64,000 nt of DNA. Source: Verrucomicrobiota bacterium (lineage in GTDB: Bacteria; Verrucomicrobiota; Verrucomicrobiia; Opitutales; Cerasicoccaceae). Below the pieces are notes generated by a model that had not been told where the DNA came from, ran no database searches, and saw nothing but the letters and a program-made list of their open reading frames with translations. The stretch is from the NCBI GenBank assembly GCA_039818205.1, contig JBCBUK010000017.1, positions 1-64,000 on the forward strand. The letters are read 5' to 3'. This document shows, one piece after another, positions 47,483 through 57,210 of this stretch; position 1 is the first letter of the stretch, and each line of letters begins with the position of its first letter. Made by a program: the position numbers and the translations under genes.

Positions 47483-48712
47483 TCAATCCTCCTTCGCGTG
47501 TTGCCCTGCCATCCAGCCGGTTGTCCAGGCGATTTGAAGATTGTCTGCCGGGGCGATGGCGCAGGGTTCGAGGACACTGCCGGCAAAATACAAGCCAGGG
47601 ACTCTTCGGCTCGCCATTGTTCGAAAGTCGATTTCATCGCTGGCCACGCCACCGATTACCGAGCTAATGCTGCGAACATTTTTGCGTTTAACGACCTCGA
47701 ACTCGCAAGCGGAGAGCTCACGGACAAGGGCTGAGCGTTCCGGGGGTTCCAGTGAGTCCCATGATCGAGTTAGCTCAAGCTTCGCAGCAGACACTAAGTT
47801 TCTCCAAAGTCTTGAGGGTAGGTCGGGGTGCTCAAGGCTGCCAAGCCGGCCTTGAGGAAACTGCCGCAGTTGCTCATCAATTAAGCGCGCGGCGGCGCGA
47901 GGGCCGCCGGGTAACCAGCTCACTCGAAGGGGGAAACGTCCCTGCAGTTTCTCGAGCCTGGATGCGTGGCGAGATGACAACTCCCAAGCGGCAGGACCGC
48001 TGATGCCCCAGGGTTCGATTGAAATAGAGCGAGACGCAACGCGATCTGTGTCGCCAATGCGCAAATCTCGTTCGCCGTCTAAAGGTCCAGCCATGCCCGA
48101 GATTCGAGGGTCCTGGCATTGAAACCCGGTTAGGGCCGGTAGGCATTCGGTGACGACGTGGCCGAGCCCTTCAATAATTCGGCAACTGGGGTTCGCAATG
48201 AGTCCGCCTCCGGCGATGATCAAGCGATCGACCTGAATGGTTCGTTCATCGGCAAGGGTTAACCAAAAGCCGCCGGTCGATTTCATGTCAACGGCCTTCA
48301 ACGCGCTACCAAGAAGGCATTGGATGCCTCGTTCTTGGATTACTTGATCGAAGAATTGGGCAATGGCCGTGGGTTCGCCATCTCGGATGGTCACCAGTCC
48401 ATCGTCGTTGACCTCCAGTGATTCTCCATTCTCTTCAAGCCATGCCTCGAAATCACCGGGTCCGTATCGGGTATAGGCACCAAGCATTTCCTTTTGCCCC
48501 GCGACCAGGGATTCGCTTTGGTCAATGGGATCCCATATCTCCCGAGTGAGATCAATTGGTTTTGGGTCACCGAAGCGCCACTGGCGCAGAACCGTCTCTT
48601 CGGAATCAATGAGGACGACCTGCGCACCCGCTTGGGCAGCTGTGATCGCAGCATATACTCCCGCAGGTCCCGCGCCCGCGATGGCAATGATTCGGTCTTC
48701 GTTTTGGGGCAT
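47483..48712 (-). CDS. HI0933/BaiN-family flavoprotein, divergent
   Basis: GAGPAG, IIAGGG, LGH.V...PAL, GISGPA, GGV...EIDFRTMASR.VPGLYFAG...NLQIAWTTG. Confidence 0.8.
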   Translation of the reverse strand: MPQNEDRIIAIAGAGPAGVYAAITAAQAGAQVVLIDSEETVLRQWRFGDPKPIDLTREIWDPIDQSESLVAGQKEMLGAYTRYGPGDFEAWLEENGESLEVNDDGLVTIRDGEPTAIAQFFDQVIQERGIQCLLGSALKAVDMKSTGGFWLTLADERTIQVDRLIIAGGGLIANPSCRIIEGLGHVVTECLPALTGFQCQDPRISGMAGPLDGERDLRIGDTDRVASRSISIEPWGISGPAAWELSSRHASRLEKLQGRFPLRVSWLPGGPRAAARLIDEQLRQFPQGRLGSLEHPDLPSRLWRNLVSAAKLELTRSWDSLEPPERSALVRELSACEFEVVKRKNVRSISSVIGGVASDEIDFRTMASRRVPGLYFAGSVLEPCAIAPADNLQIAWTTGWMAGQHAKED

Positions 48713-48721
48713 GATTCAAAC

Positions 48722-48752
48722 AAAAGGCCTCCGCTCAATTGAGCGAAGGCCT
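48722..48752 (-). terminator. Terminator after tsf
   Basis: AGGCCT-C-CGCTC-AATT-GAGCG-A-AGGCCT with a T-run on the minus strand. Confidence 0.75.
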
Positions 48753-48781
48753 GAAAGATTAATCAATTGATTGCATTCAAC

Positions 48782-49372
48782 CTATTCGCCAATCGCGAAA
48801 CGAGAGAAACGACGGATCTTGATGTTTTCGCCGATACGCTGAATCGATTGAGTCAGGAGTTCACCAACGGTGATCGAGGTGTCCTTAACAAATGGTTGAT
48901 CCAACAGAGCAACGGTCGACAAGAACTTGTTGACCTTGCCTTCGACGATTTTCCCGATTGCTTGCGCAGGCTTGCCTTCCGCCTGTGCTTCAGCAACTTC
49001 GCGCTCCTTGGCGATAACGTCTTCAGGGACCTCTTCGCGGCTGATCGCCAATGGGCTGGCTGCAGCAATGTGCATCGCGATGTCGCGAGCGAGGTCTTTG
49101 AAATCGTCGTTCTTGGCCACAAAGTCGGACTCGCAATTGAGTTCGATCATGACACCAACTTTGCCACCCATGTGGATGTAGCTTTCGATGATGCCTTCGG
49201 TGGCTTCGCGGCCAGCTTTTTTTGCGGCCTTGATGGCGCCGTTCTTCTTCAGTAAATCGATGGCTGCGTCTTGATCGCCCTGGGACTCAACAAGGGCTTT
49301 CTTACAATCCATCAAACCGAGACCCGTGCGTTGACGGAGCTCGTTGACCATACTTGCGGTAATTGCGGACAT
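48782..49372 (-). CDS. tsf: Elongation factor Ts (short form)
   Basis: ELRQRTGLGLMDCKKAL, ELNCESDFVA, AMHIAA, GENIKIRRF. Confidence 0.97.
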   Translation of the reverse strand: MSAITASMVNELRQRTGLGLMDCKKALVESQGDQDAAIDLLKKNGAIKAAKKAGREATEGIIESYIHMGGKVGVMIELNCESDFVAKNDDFKDLARDIAMHIAAASPLAISREEVPEDVIAKEREVAEAQAEGKPAQAIGKIVEGKVNKFLSTVALLDQPFVKDTSITVGELLTQSIQRIGENIKIRRFSRFAIGE

Positions 49373-49405
49373 GGTAGATTCTCTTTGTGGGTTTTAGATT
49401 GAAAA

Positions 49406-50287
49406 TTATTCGGCTGGCTTTTCCGTAGGTGCTTCCCCTTCAGCTGGTGCTGGAGCTGGAGCTGCCGGTGTTTCCGCTGCTGCAGCCTTGGCCTTCGAAT
49501 CATCGAGAACGATGTCATCAGCAAAGGTCACTTCTGGTTCGGCCTCAGAAAATTCCTGGCGAACGATCGGAGTGATGCCTTGCTGAGGTGAGTTGCGGAC
49601 CTCAGTGCGGCGAGCCATCCCGTTTTGAACTGCTTCCATGATAACTTCAGTTACGAGACGGATCGACTTGACCGCGTCGTCATTACCAGGAATCGGATAG
49701 TTAACCAAGGTTGGGTCAGAATTCGTGTCAACTAAGGCGATGACCGGAATCTTCAGGCGGCGAGCTTCGGCGACTGCAATCGCTTCGTTCTTTACGTCGA
49801 TTATGTAGAGTGCGGAAGGGACGCCTTTGACCTCGAGCATACCTTCAAAGTTGCGGTGCATCCGGGCCATCTCACGACGAATTGCGGCTTGCTCCTTACC
49901 GGGGAGCTTCTGGAGTTCACCTTCCGCTTCCATGCGCAGGTAACGCTTATACTTATCGAGACTTGCCTTCGAAGTTGTCCAGTTGGTGAGGGCGCCACCC
50001 ATCCAGCGGTTAACCGCGAATGGCATGCTGCAGGTCGTTGCCGCTTCGCGCAAAATTTCTTGGGCTTGGCGCTTGGTGCCGACAAACATGATGTCGTCTC
50101 CCTTAGCAACCAATTCTTCAATGAATTCGGATGCTTTCTCGAGGAGGGCGTAGGTTTTCTCCAAGTTGATAATGGAGATGCCGTGACGATGGTCGAAAAC
50201 GTATGGCTTCGATTTCGGATTCCAACGGCGGGTTTGGTGACCGAAGTGAACTCCGGCATCCAATAGGTCTTTTACAGTGATGTTCAT
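49406..50287 (-). CDS. rpsB: 30S ribosomal protein S2
   Basis: LLDAGVHFGHQTRRWNPK, FVGTKRQA, RWMGGALTN, DTNSDP, PGNDDA; start set at ATG 50287. Confidence 0.97.
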   Translation of the reverse strand: MNITVKDLLDAGVHFGHQTRRWNPKSKPYVFDHRHGISIINLEKTYALLEKASEFIEELVAKGDDIMFVGTKRQAQEILREAATTCSMPFAVNRWMGGALTNWTTSKASLDKYKRYLRMEAEGELQKLPGKEQAAIRREMARMHRNFEGMLEVKGVPSALYIIDVKNEAIAVAEARRLKIPVIALVDTNSDPTLVNYPIPGNDDAVKSIRLVTEVIMEAVQNGMARRTEVRNSPQQGITPIVRQEFSEAEPEVTFADDIVLDDSKAKAAAAETPAAPAPAPAEGEAPTEKPAE

Positions 50288-50566
50288 GTAGGTTTTTGGG
50301 CTCCGTATCCGCAACTTTCCCGGTGAAGAGCGAACCTTGGATAAGGGTGTGGTGCTCAAAGGTTTGAGCGACCAGATTTGGTTTTCTAGCGTATTTAATT
50401 TCAAGACATTCCGGGAGACCGTCTCGAATGGTGAAGGGCGGAAGATTAGGGGCCGTGCGAGTGCACGCAAGCAGTAATTATCGCTATTTTTGGGCGAAGT
50501 GCAAAAAAGTTTTAATTTTCTCTTGCGCTACCTTCAACAACCCGCTTTGTTCATCGACTTTTCCTA

Positions 50567-50645
<79 letters not shown>

Positions 50646-50649
50646 ATTT

Positions 50650-50682
50650 AAAGCCCTCGGAGTCAAATACTTCGAGGGCTTT
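50650..50682 (+). terminator. Terminator after tRNA-Met
   Basis: AAAGCCCTCG...CGAGGGCTTT inverted repeat. Confidence 0.7.
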
Positions 50683-50944
50683 GTGGTTTTTGGGGCGGAT
50701 TTTGCTTAGATGCTGCCGAATGTACGAAAATGCGGGATGATACGCGATCGATTGCATGAACCACGTTGCACGAAAAATCTCGTCAGGAATCAGGATCCCG
50801 ACTTTGCATTTCTGGATTTCATTTCTGTCAGATAGCTGCCACTCAATGTCGAAAAAGACAACCTCTGCATTGGCTGAGGTTGTCTCGATAGAATTCCACC
50901 TTCTAGACGCGTGGATTGAGGAGGCGAAGCATTGTTGGAGTCTC

Positions 50945-51262
50945 CTACGACTCGATTGGCTCTCCAAGTACGTGTGTGCCGTGGGTGATTGCAGCGCCCG
51001 CCCGCAGGGCAGCAGCTACATGGATAGCTTCAGCCAGTTCTTCCTTGGTTGCTCCGGCATCGATTGCCGCTTGACGGTGGATCTCGATGCAGTAGGTGCA
51101 TTGCGTGGTAAGTGCCACTGCGATAGCCATCAGTTCCTTATACTTTTTCGGAATTGCCCCATCAGCCAAAGCTCGCTGGTCGTAGGTCCAAAAGGCACTT
51201 GTTGTCGATTTATTGAAATCGCTTAAGTCTTTTAGGCGATCGAGATTTTTCATGTTGGTCAT
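50945..51262 (-). CDS. Carboxymuconolactone decarboxylase/AhpD-family protein
   Basis: KYKELMAIAVALTTQCTYCIEIH (CxxC), GATKEELAE. Confidence 0.92.
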   Translation of the reverse strand: MTNMKNLDRLKDLSDFNKSTTSAFWTYDQRALADGAIPKKYKELMAIAVALTTQCTYCIEIHRQAAIDAGATKEELAEAIHVAAALRAGAAITHGTHVLGEPIES

Positions 51263-51279
51263 GTTCGTTCCTCGTTCGA

Positions 51280-51483
51280 TTATTGGTTACGACCAGCCAT
51301 AACTCCGCCATCGACATCCCAGACAGCGCCGGTAATCGATGCAAGCCGCTCTTTAGCTTCGTCGAGTGCATTCCCATCGCGGGCGACCAAGGTTACTCCT
51401 TGGTTACGAGCAACGAGGCGTGATGCTGTCTCAAATCCGATCCCTTTGGAACCGCCAATAATGTATGTAGTTTCGTTTTTCAT
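51280..51483 (-). pseudogene. Short-chain dehydrogenase remnant (in-frame internal deletion)
   Basis: SDR N-terminus IIGGSKGIG is joined directly to the SDR C-terminus ITGAVWDVDGG; 67 aa against about 250 for the family. Confidence 0.85.
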
Positions 51484-51531
51484 GATATTTGCTGAGTTGT
51501 TTTGAATTTCTACTTTCGAGATAAAATCTAT

Positions 51532-51603
51532 CTATCAGTCGATAGGTTTAATGGAACCTTACTCGAAGTTTTGACTTTTTCAAATAAATCTATCAGTAGA
51601 TAG
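51532..51603. promoter_or_regulatory. Two palindromic operators, probably for the adjacent TetR regulator
   Basis: CTATC-AGTC-GATAG (51532-51545) and CTATC-AGTA-GATAG (51590-51603) in the divergent promoter region. Confidence 0.75.
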
Positions 51604-51618
51604 TTAGAGGTAAGAAAT

Positions 51619-52179
51619 ATGTCGGAAAAACGAGAACAGATCATCCAAGTCGCTACGGACATGATTCGTAGCGGAGGCTATAATGCGTTTAGCTTCAGGG
51701 AGATAGCAGATGCGATCGGGATTAAGAGTTCCTCTGTTCATCACTATTTCCGGCGGAAGGAAGACCTTGCGGCGGCAGTTGCCGAACGCTACACGGACGG
51801 ATTTTTCTCTGATTTGGGCAAATCTAGCTTTGCCGAAGGTGATGTCGGAGCCGCAATAGATTTGTATGCATCGGTGTTCATTGAGGCTTTCGTAACCTCG
51901 GGAAAAGCGTGTCTTTGTGGCGTATTGAGCCACGAATCACCGGCAATTCCAGCTCCGGTTCTTGAGCGGGTAGATTCCTTTGTAGAGCGAAATATCGAAT
52001 GGCTGGTTGCTGCATTTTATGCAGGGGCGGAGTCCGTCAATGGAAATCATTCGCGGCGGCTTGCGTTGCTGGTCTACACGGCTCTTAGCGGGTCGATGGC
52101 TGTGGCCACGTTGAAAAAGTCAGTCGAGCCAATGGAGTTGGTTCGAGACCAACTGGTTCAGCAGCTTTCATCGGCGTAA
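51619..52179 (+). CDS. TetR/AcrR-family regulator
   Basis: GYNAFSFREIADAIGIKSSSVHHYFRRKEDL HTH; CLCG in the C-domain; GAGG RBS. Confidence 0.93.
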   Translation: MSEKREQIIQVATDMIRSGGYNAFSFREIADAIGIKSSSVHHYFRRKEDLAAAVAERYTDGFFSDLGKSSFAEGDVGAAIDLYASVFIEAFVTSGKACLCGVLSHESPAIPAPVLERVDSFVERNIEWLVAAFYAGAESVNGNHSRRLALLVYTALSGSMAVATLKKSVEPMELVRDQLVQQLSSA

Positions 52180-52366
52180 TAGTTGATTTCATCACCGGTT
52201 CAAATCAGATCCAGGCGAATCATTCTAGGGTGATTCTCGGGCGATCAGTGACGGTTCTTTACATTCTAGCCGTTTGTCGGCAGTGTCCCTGTTTTTCAAA
52301 ACAGTTATTGGTCGCGGTCGTTATCGGCGTGGCTTCCAAATACCCCGAGGCCACCTATTGCTATTT

Positions 52367-53038
52367 ATGAATGCACCCGCTAAAGATTTTGAACAACTTC
52401 CTTGGTTTCACCAAATTGATCTTGGGGATAATCGAAAAACGCCTGGGAAAGATGATAGTGCCAAGAAGCTTGAGTTCTTGAAGCTGCCGAACGATCTGAC
52501 CGGAAAGAGCGTTTTGGATATCGGCTGCTGGGATGGATTCTTTTCATTTTCGTGTGAACAGCGAAACGCAAAGCGTGTTCTGGCGACCGATCATTTTGCC
52601 TGGTCTGATGCCTGCTGGGGAAGCCGTGAATGTATTGATTTTGCGCATGCTGCATTGGGCTCTTCGGCGGAGATTATGGAGGCGACTCCGCAAGAGTTGA
52701 CTCCCGAGCGAGTCGGCAAGTTCGATTTAGTTCTCTACCTTGGCGTGCTCTATCACGTCAAAAACCCGCTTAAGGAGATCGAACATGTTGCTCAGCTTTG
52801 CGATGAAATGTTGGTGCTCGAGACCTTGGTAGACCATCTGAATATTAAAGATGCGAGCGCAGCATTCTATCCCGGAAAGGAGTGCAACGGGGATCCAACG
52901 AATTGGTGGGGGCCGAATCCTGCGTGTGTCATTGGTATGTTGAAGGCGGCAGGGTTTAGCCGCGTTGAAGTTGCCAACCTACGTAAGTTTGGCGCCTTTG
53001 GTAAACAGGGGCGGGCAGTCTTTCACGCCTGGAAATAA
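52367..53038 (+). CDS. Class I SAM-dependent methyltransferase (DUF1698/CmoB-like)
   Basis: GKSVLDIGCWDGFFS, FDLVLYLGVLYH, LVLET, TNWWGPN. Confidence 0.85.
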   Translation: MNAPAKDFEQLPWFHQIDLGDNRKTPGKDDSAKKLEFLKLPNDLTGKSVLDIGCWDGFFSFSCEQRNAKRVLATDHFAWSDACWGSRECIDFAHAALGSSAEIMEATPQELTPERVGKFDLVLYLGVLYHVKNPLKEIEHVAQLCDEMLVLETLVDHLNIKDASAAFYPGKECNGDPTNWWGPNPACVIGMLKAAGFSRVEVANLRKFGAFGKQGRAVFHAWK

Positions 53039-53092
53039 GCGCCCATCATTGCTCGAGCGATACGGTCTTCGTAGTGCGACGGGCGAACTGTT

Positions 53093-54193
53093 CTACGGTT
53101 TGCGTGCGGAAATTAGGTGGTAGTAGCCGAAGTTAGGTTCGCTTTGAAAATCGACGAAGCCGGCTTGGCTAAGCATTTTTTCAAATTCTGGAAGCGAATA
53201 CTTGCGGCCCTTTTCGTGCAGCATGAGGATAACATTGCAGCAGCCCAGGAAAAGCGGACCATCCTTGGTGTCGGCGATTGGCATCTCGTTGAGGATGATT
53301 TTTCCGCCGCTATCGAGCGCATCGAAGGATTGTTTGGCTAACTGATGGCAAGTGTCTGCGTCCCAATCGTGAAAGATGTTGCTGAATACATGGGCGTCGT
53401 GGTTCCGAGGAAGAGGCTCGCTGAACATGTCCCCGGTATGCAAGCTGACTTGATTGCCAACTTGATGCTGAGCGATGGTCTCTTCCGCCAACTCGCAGAC
53501 ACTGGCTATATCTAACGCGGTGATGCGAATATCGGGGCGTTTAGTCGCGATTGCGCAGCTGATCGAGCAGGAGCCTGCTCCGACATCCAAAAGTGAGCTG
53601 ACATCGTCGAGGATTTGATTCTCCGCCAAGGCAAAGCCCGCCGGCAAGGTGTGGATGTGCATGTAGTCGATAAACTTCTTGATCGATGCCTGATCCAATT
53701 GAGCGGCGCCAACGGCGGTATGCGATTTGGCAAACTCGACAAATTCTTTGGTATCATCCTCGTTCTGCTTGTCTACTCCGGCTTCCATGGGTGCAACCAG
53801 ATGTGACTCCTCGCGAACGGCCCGCCGAATTGATTCAAGCAGCTCGGATCCAGTGGTTAGCTCAGCGGCATAGGCGAGTTTTGCTCCGTAACTGAATGGA
53901 CTGCTCGGTGAGAGGTATTCCTGGGCTAACCCAGTTGGGGAAAACCGTTTGTCGGATCCAATTTCCAGAAATCCGGCACCAGCGGAAACCGAGATGAGTG
54001 CCTCAGTCGCTCGAGGCGATAGGCCCATTGCGATGGCAGCCTCCTGGATCGTCTGTGCTTGCCCGCTGAGGGTAGTGAACAAGCCGATTTCATGGGCCAC
54101 GGCAATGGCGGGGAGGGCAAGGCTGGTGTAGATCAGATCGTAAATAGGCTGATCACTAAAATTTGGTTTGGAGAGATTGGAGTCGAAATTCAT
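53093..54193 (-). CDS. O-methyltransferase family 2 with dimerisation domain
   Basis: LLDVGAGS, GDMF, SNIFHDW, N-terminal winged helix; start set at ATG 54193. Confidence 0.9.
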   Translation of the reverse strand: MNFDSNLSKPNFSDQPIYDLIYTSLALPAIAVAHEIGLFTTLSGQAQTIQEAAIAMGLSPRATEALISVSAGAGFLEIGSDKRFSPTGLAQEYLSPSSPFSYGAKLAYAAELTTGSELLESIRRAVREESHLVAPMEAGVDKQNEDDTKEFVEFAKSHTAVGAAQLDQASIKKFIDYMHIHTLPAGFALAENQILDDVSSLLDVGAGSCSISCAIATKRPDIRITALDIASVCELAEETIAQHQVGNQVSLHTGDMFSEPLPRNHDAHVFSNIFHDWDADTCHQLAKQSFDALDSGGKIILNEMPIADTKDGPLFLGCCNVILMLHEKGRKYSLPEFEKMLSQAGFVDFQSEPNFGYYHLISARKP

Positions 54194-54400
54194 TTCGGAG
54201 TTTTGGTTGATGAAGACGGATCGACTAAAGCAGCATAATCGACAATTCTGAGGACTGCCCCACGGGTTTGCGACCGAAAATATTCGAAATGGAGAAGGAG
54301 TAATAAGTGACGAAGCAGCGAGGTATGAGCAATGAATGTGACGCAAGCGTTACGTAGAATGGGTTTGAAAAGCCGCGAAGCCTATTACATATCGAACTGG

Positions 54401-55738
54401 ATGACGGAATGGTATAGGCACGTAAGACTTTTCACGATAATCGTGACGTTGGGAGTATTTGCTTCCAGCGCATACGCAGCTACCTTTGGAGATTTCGAGT
54501 TCGACGATACCGGATTTGATATCGTTATTACCGGCTACAATGGCTCGGACACCGATGTGATCATCCCGGATACCATCAACAGTAAGTTTGTGACTGAGAT
54601 CGACGTGGAAGCATTCTTGGGAAACACGACGATCGAGACCGTGATGCTCCCAGAGGCTTTGTTGTTTATTCGGGCGCGCGCTTTCAAAGACTGCACGAGT
54701 TTGGTTTCAGTAACGGTGCCGGGTAGCGTCCTAGAGATTGGTGAAGCCGCTTTTCAGGGATGTTCATCCTTAACCAGTTTAGAACTGTCTGACGGTATTG
54801 CCGACATCTTTGCCAATGCATTCGAGGGAACCGCTTTGGAACAAGTGGTGTTCCCTGAAACTATCGGCCTGGTGGAAGCCTCGGCGTTCGCTGCGATTCC
54901 TTCGTTAGACGCTCTGTTCTTTCTCGGCAATGCGCCAACGGCCCAGGCAAACGCATTCGGAGCGGCTAATGATGCCTTCTTTTTTCAGGGAGCAACCGGA
55001 TTCAGCGAGCCGACCTGGGAGTATGCCACCGGAGAGACCATTGCCTCGAAAGACCTTGGTGAATTTACGAATACAGCCGAGTGGGTCTTGCTTAACTATC
55101 CCAATAGTGGCCGATTCCTGGAAGATGAGACTGGCGCGCCTCGTTCGCTCTTCCTCAGCTACGCCTTGAATGTCGACCCAAGGGTGCCCACGGCCATTGA
55201 GTATCGTGTTGAAGGTGATGAGTTAATCCTCACTTATTATGCGGGGCGATCGGAACTCACTTACCGGGCAGTTACTTCCACTGATCTAGAAACTTGGACA
55301 GAGGTAGGCGTGACCGTTGATCTTGCAGCTCGTCTGGGATACCGTGATACATCAGTCACGCGCGGGGATTCTCAGTTCATGCGGGTAGAAATTATTGATC
55401 CAAATGCCCCCTTAGTAAGTCTGTCAGTGTCCCAGGATTTTACGGTAGTAACAGGCTCGAATCCGAATCGAGGCATATACAAAATTCGCTCAATTTATAC
55501 GGTTGGGGATGAAAATTGGGTGATTGCTTCAAGAGAATTTGATTTATTTGCGCTCCAAATCGTGGATCACGTTTTCAAAGATACTGTGACCGTCGAAGCA
55601 CCTGAACTGGATGTGATTTACTATCTGATCGAACCGCGGGTAACTCCATCCTTTGCAGAACCAAACCAGAGATTCATTCAAGGCCTCCATGAGATCGAAT
55701 CGATTTTAGCTGGTGCAACTCAGATATGGCCGAATTGA
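54401..55738 (+). CDS. Secreted BspA-type leucine-rich-repeat protein
   Basis: Signal peptide; IVITGYNG...VIIPDTI and AFKDCTSLVSVTVPGSVLEIGEAAFQGCSSL repeats. Confidence 0.85.
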   Translation: MTEWYRHVRLFTIIVTLGVFASSAYAATFGDFEFDDTGFDIVITGYNGSDTDVIIPDTINSKFVTEIDVEAFLGNTTIETVMLPEALLFIRARAFKDCTSLVSVTVPGSVLEIGEAAFQGCSSLTSLELSDGIADIFANAFEGTALEQVVFPETIGLVEASAFAAIPSLDALFFLGNAPTAQANAFGAANDAFFFQGATGFSEPTWEYATGETIASKDLGEFTNTAEWVLLNYPNSGRFLEDETGAPRSLFLSYALNVDPRVPTAIEYRVEGDELILTYYAGRSELTYRAVTSTDLETWTEVGVTVDLAARLGYRDTSVTRGDSQFMRVEIIDPNAPLVSLSVSQDFTVVTGSNPNRGIYKIRSIYTVGDENWVIASREFDLFALQIVDHVFKDTVTVEAPELDVIYYLIEPRVTPSFAEPNQRFIQGLHEIESILAGATQIWPN

Positions 55739-55776
55739 AATTCGAGTTGATCGGTTTCCGCCAGCTTACATTGGAC

Positions 55777-57198
55777 CTAGAGCGATCGAACAAAGGTTAG
55801 CAATTTTCGGCGTTCGTCCTCGCTGAGGTTTACGTAATAGTCGCGTGATGCTTCAGCTTCCCCGCCATGCCAAAGAATGGCTTCTTCAATGTTGCGGGCG
55901 CGGCCATCGTGGAGGAAGTTGGTGTGACGGTTGACCGTGTAAACCAAGCCGATTCCCCAAAGTGGTGGAGTGCGCCACTCGCGTCCATTGGCTTCAAACG
56001 TTGGACGGTTGTCCGCTAGGCCTTCGCCCATATCGTGCAATAACAGATCGGTGTAGGGATGAATGATCTGCTTGGATAATTCGGGCATGTCAGCGATGGA
56101 TCCTGTCTCGAGGGTGTCCACGTGGCACTTAACACATTGAGCTGCGTTAAAGAGCTCCCGTCCTTCCTGAATCATGCGGTCATCGTGTGAACGCTGGCCG
56201 GGCACGGCGAGTGTCTTGCAATAAAACGTCACAAAGTCCAGGATTTCATCACTAACCTCCGGATTGCCACCACTTGCAGCGGAGATTTTCTGGGCGTCCA
56301 TGTGGTTCTCGCTGGGGAAAAGCGAGGAGGTGATGCCGATGTCTCCAACAAACGCCGATGCGACCTGCTGGCGAACGGTTGGCTGCTCAGCTTTCCAGCC
56401 AAAGCGACCAGTGGCCAGCGATTGCTTCTCGACGTCCCAGACCAAATTGCGGCGTCCAGAGATGCCATCTCCATCTGCGTCGTTCGGATCCTCAAGCTCA
56501 ATCAGGGTTTCTTCCGGAACCGCCTCAAGCAGACCGAGTCCGATCATAATTGGAGCGACCCGAAGCGAGATTTCAAGGTTCTCAGGCAGCTCGCCATACT
56601 GAGCTTCTTCAAGGCGTACTACGGGTTTGCGCAAACTGTATTTCGAGCCGTCGGCAAACTTGCCGGGTATCTCGACCCAATCAATCTCGACTTGCGCTTC
56701 AGCATTCTGCCCAAGGACACCATGGTTCTGTATCTGGTCGCCGTAAACAGGGTGGGGGACCACCCCGCTTCGCTTCAGGCCTTCGACGGGTTCGTCTCCG
56801 GTGCGTGGCATGCTTACGCGGGCGAGCATTGAAAGCATCGATTCTCCTGGCTTCGGCGGACGGCCCCGCCCATCCTTAACATGACAGGATTGGCAGGACA
56901 TGGTGTTGAACAATGGACCAAGGCCATCCCGGGCTTTAGTTGATGCGGGTGCTTCAACCCAAAAGCCCTCGAAAAACGAATTCCCAACAAAGAAATTGTC
57001 CTTGCGGGTGAAGCTTAGATTCTGTGCTGGATAACCAAATGCGCCTCGATCGCTACCCTGGACATCCGGAAGGATTATCGTCGTTTTGCCACCGAGATAG
57101 GGTGGCTCCGCGCTTGTATTCAGCGACGCAATAAAACTGGTAGCAACACTTGCGGCGACCAGCCCAATACCCAAGGCCTGTTTTCGAAAATGGATCAT
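55777..57198 (-). CDS. Di-heme oxidoreductase (DHOR/DUF1111)
   Basis: DGLGPLFNTMSCQSCH, GLGLLEA, GRFGWKA, CVKCH, LLLHDMG, WRTPPLWG, LHDGRAR. Confidence 0.92.
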   Translation of the reverse strand: MIHFRKQALGIGLVAASVATSFIASLNTSAEPPYLGGKTTIILPDVQGSDRGAFGYPAQNLSFTRKDNFFVGNSFFEGFWVEAPASTKARDGLGPLFNTMSCQSCHVKDGRGRPPKPGESMLSMLARVSMPRTGDEPVEGLKRSGVVPHPVYGDQIQNHGVLGQNAEAQVEIDWVEIPGKFADGSKYSLRKPVVRLEEAQYGELPENLEISLRVAPIMIGLGLLEAVPEETLIELEDPNDADGDGISGRRNLVWDVEKQSLATGRFGWKAEQPTVRQQVASAFVGDIGITSSLFPSENHMDAQKISAASGGNPEVSDEILDFVTFYCKTLAVPGQRSHDDRMIQEGRELFNAAQCVKCHVDTLETGSIADMPELSKQIIHPYTDLLLHDMGEGLADNRPTFEANGREWRTPPLWGIGLVYTVNRHTNFLHDGRARNIEEAILWHGGEAEASRDYYVNLSEDERRKLLTFVRSL

Positions 57199-57210
57199 AC
57201 AGAACGAAAT

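Noticed and set aside
48782..49372. EF-Ts seemingly truncated at 196 aa
   Set aside because: Short EF-Ts forms are established in several phyla, and both termini are intact.
52198..52206. GTTCAAATC matching the tRNA-Met T-loop (possible att remnant)
   Set aside because: Only 9 bp and it does not extend into the acceptor stem; compatible with chance.
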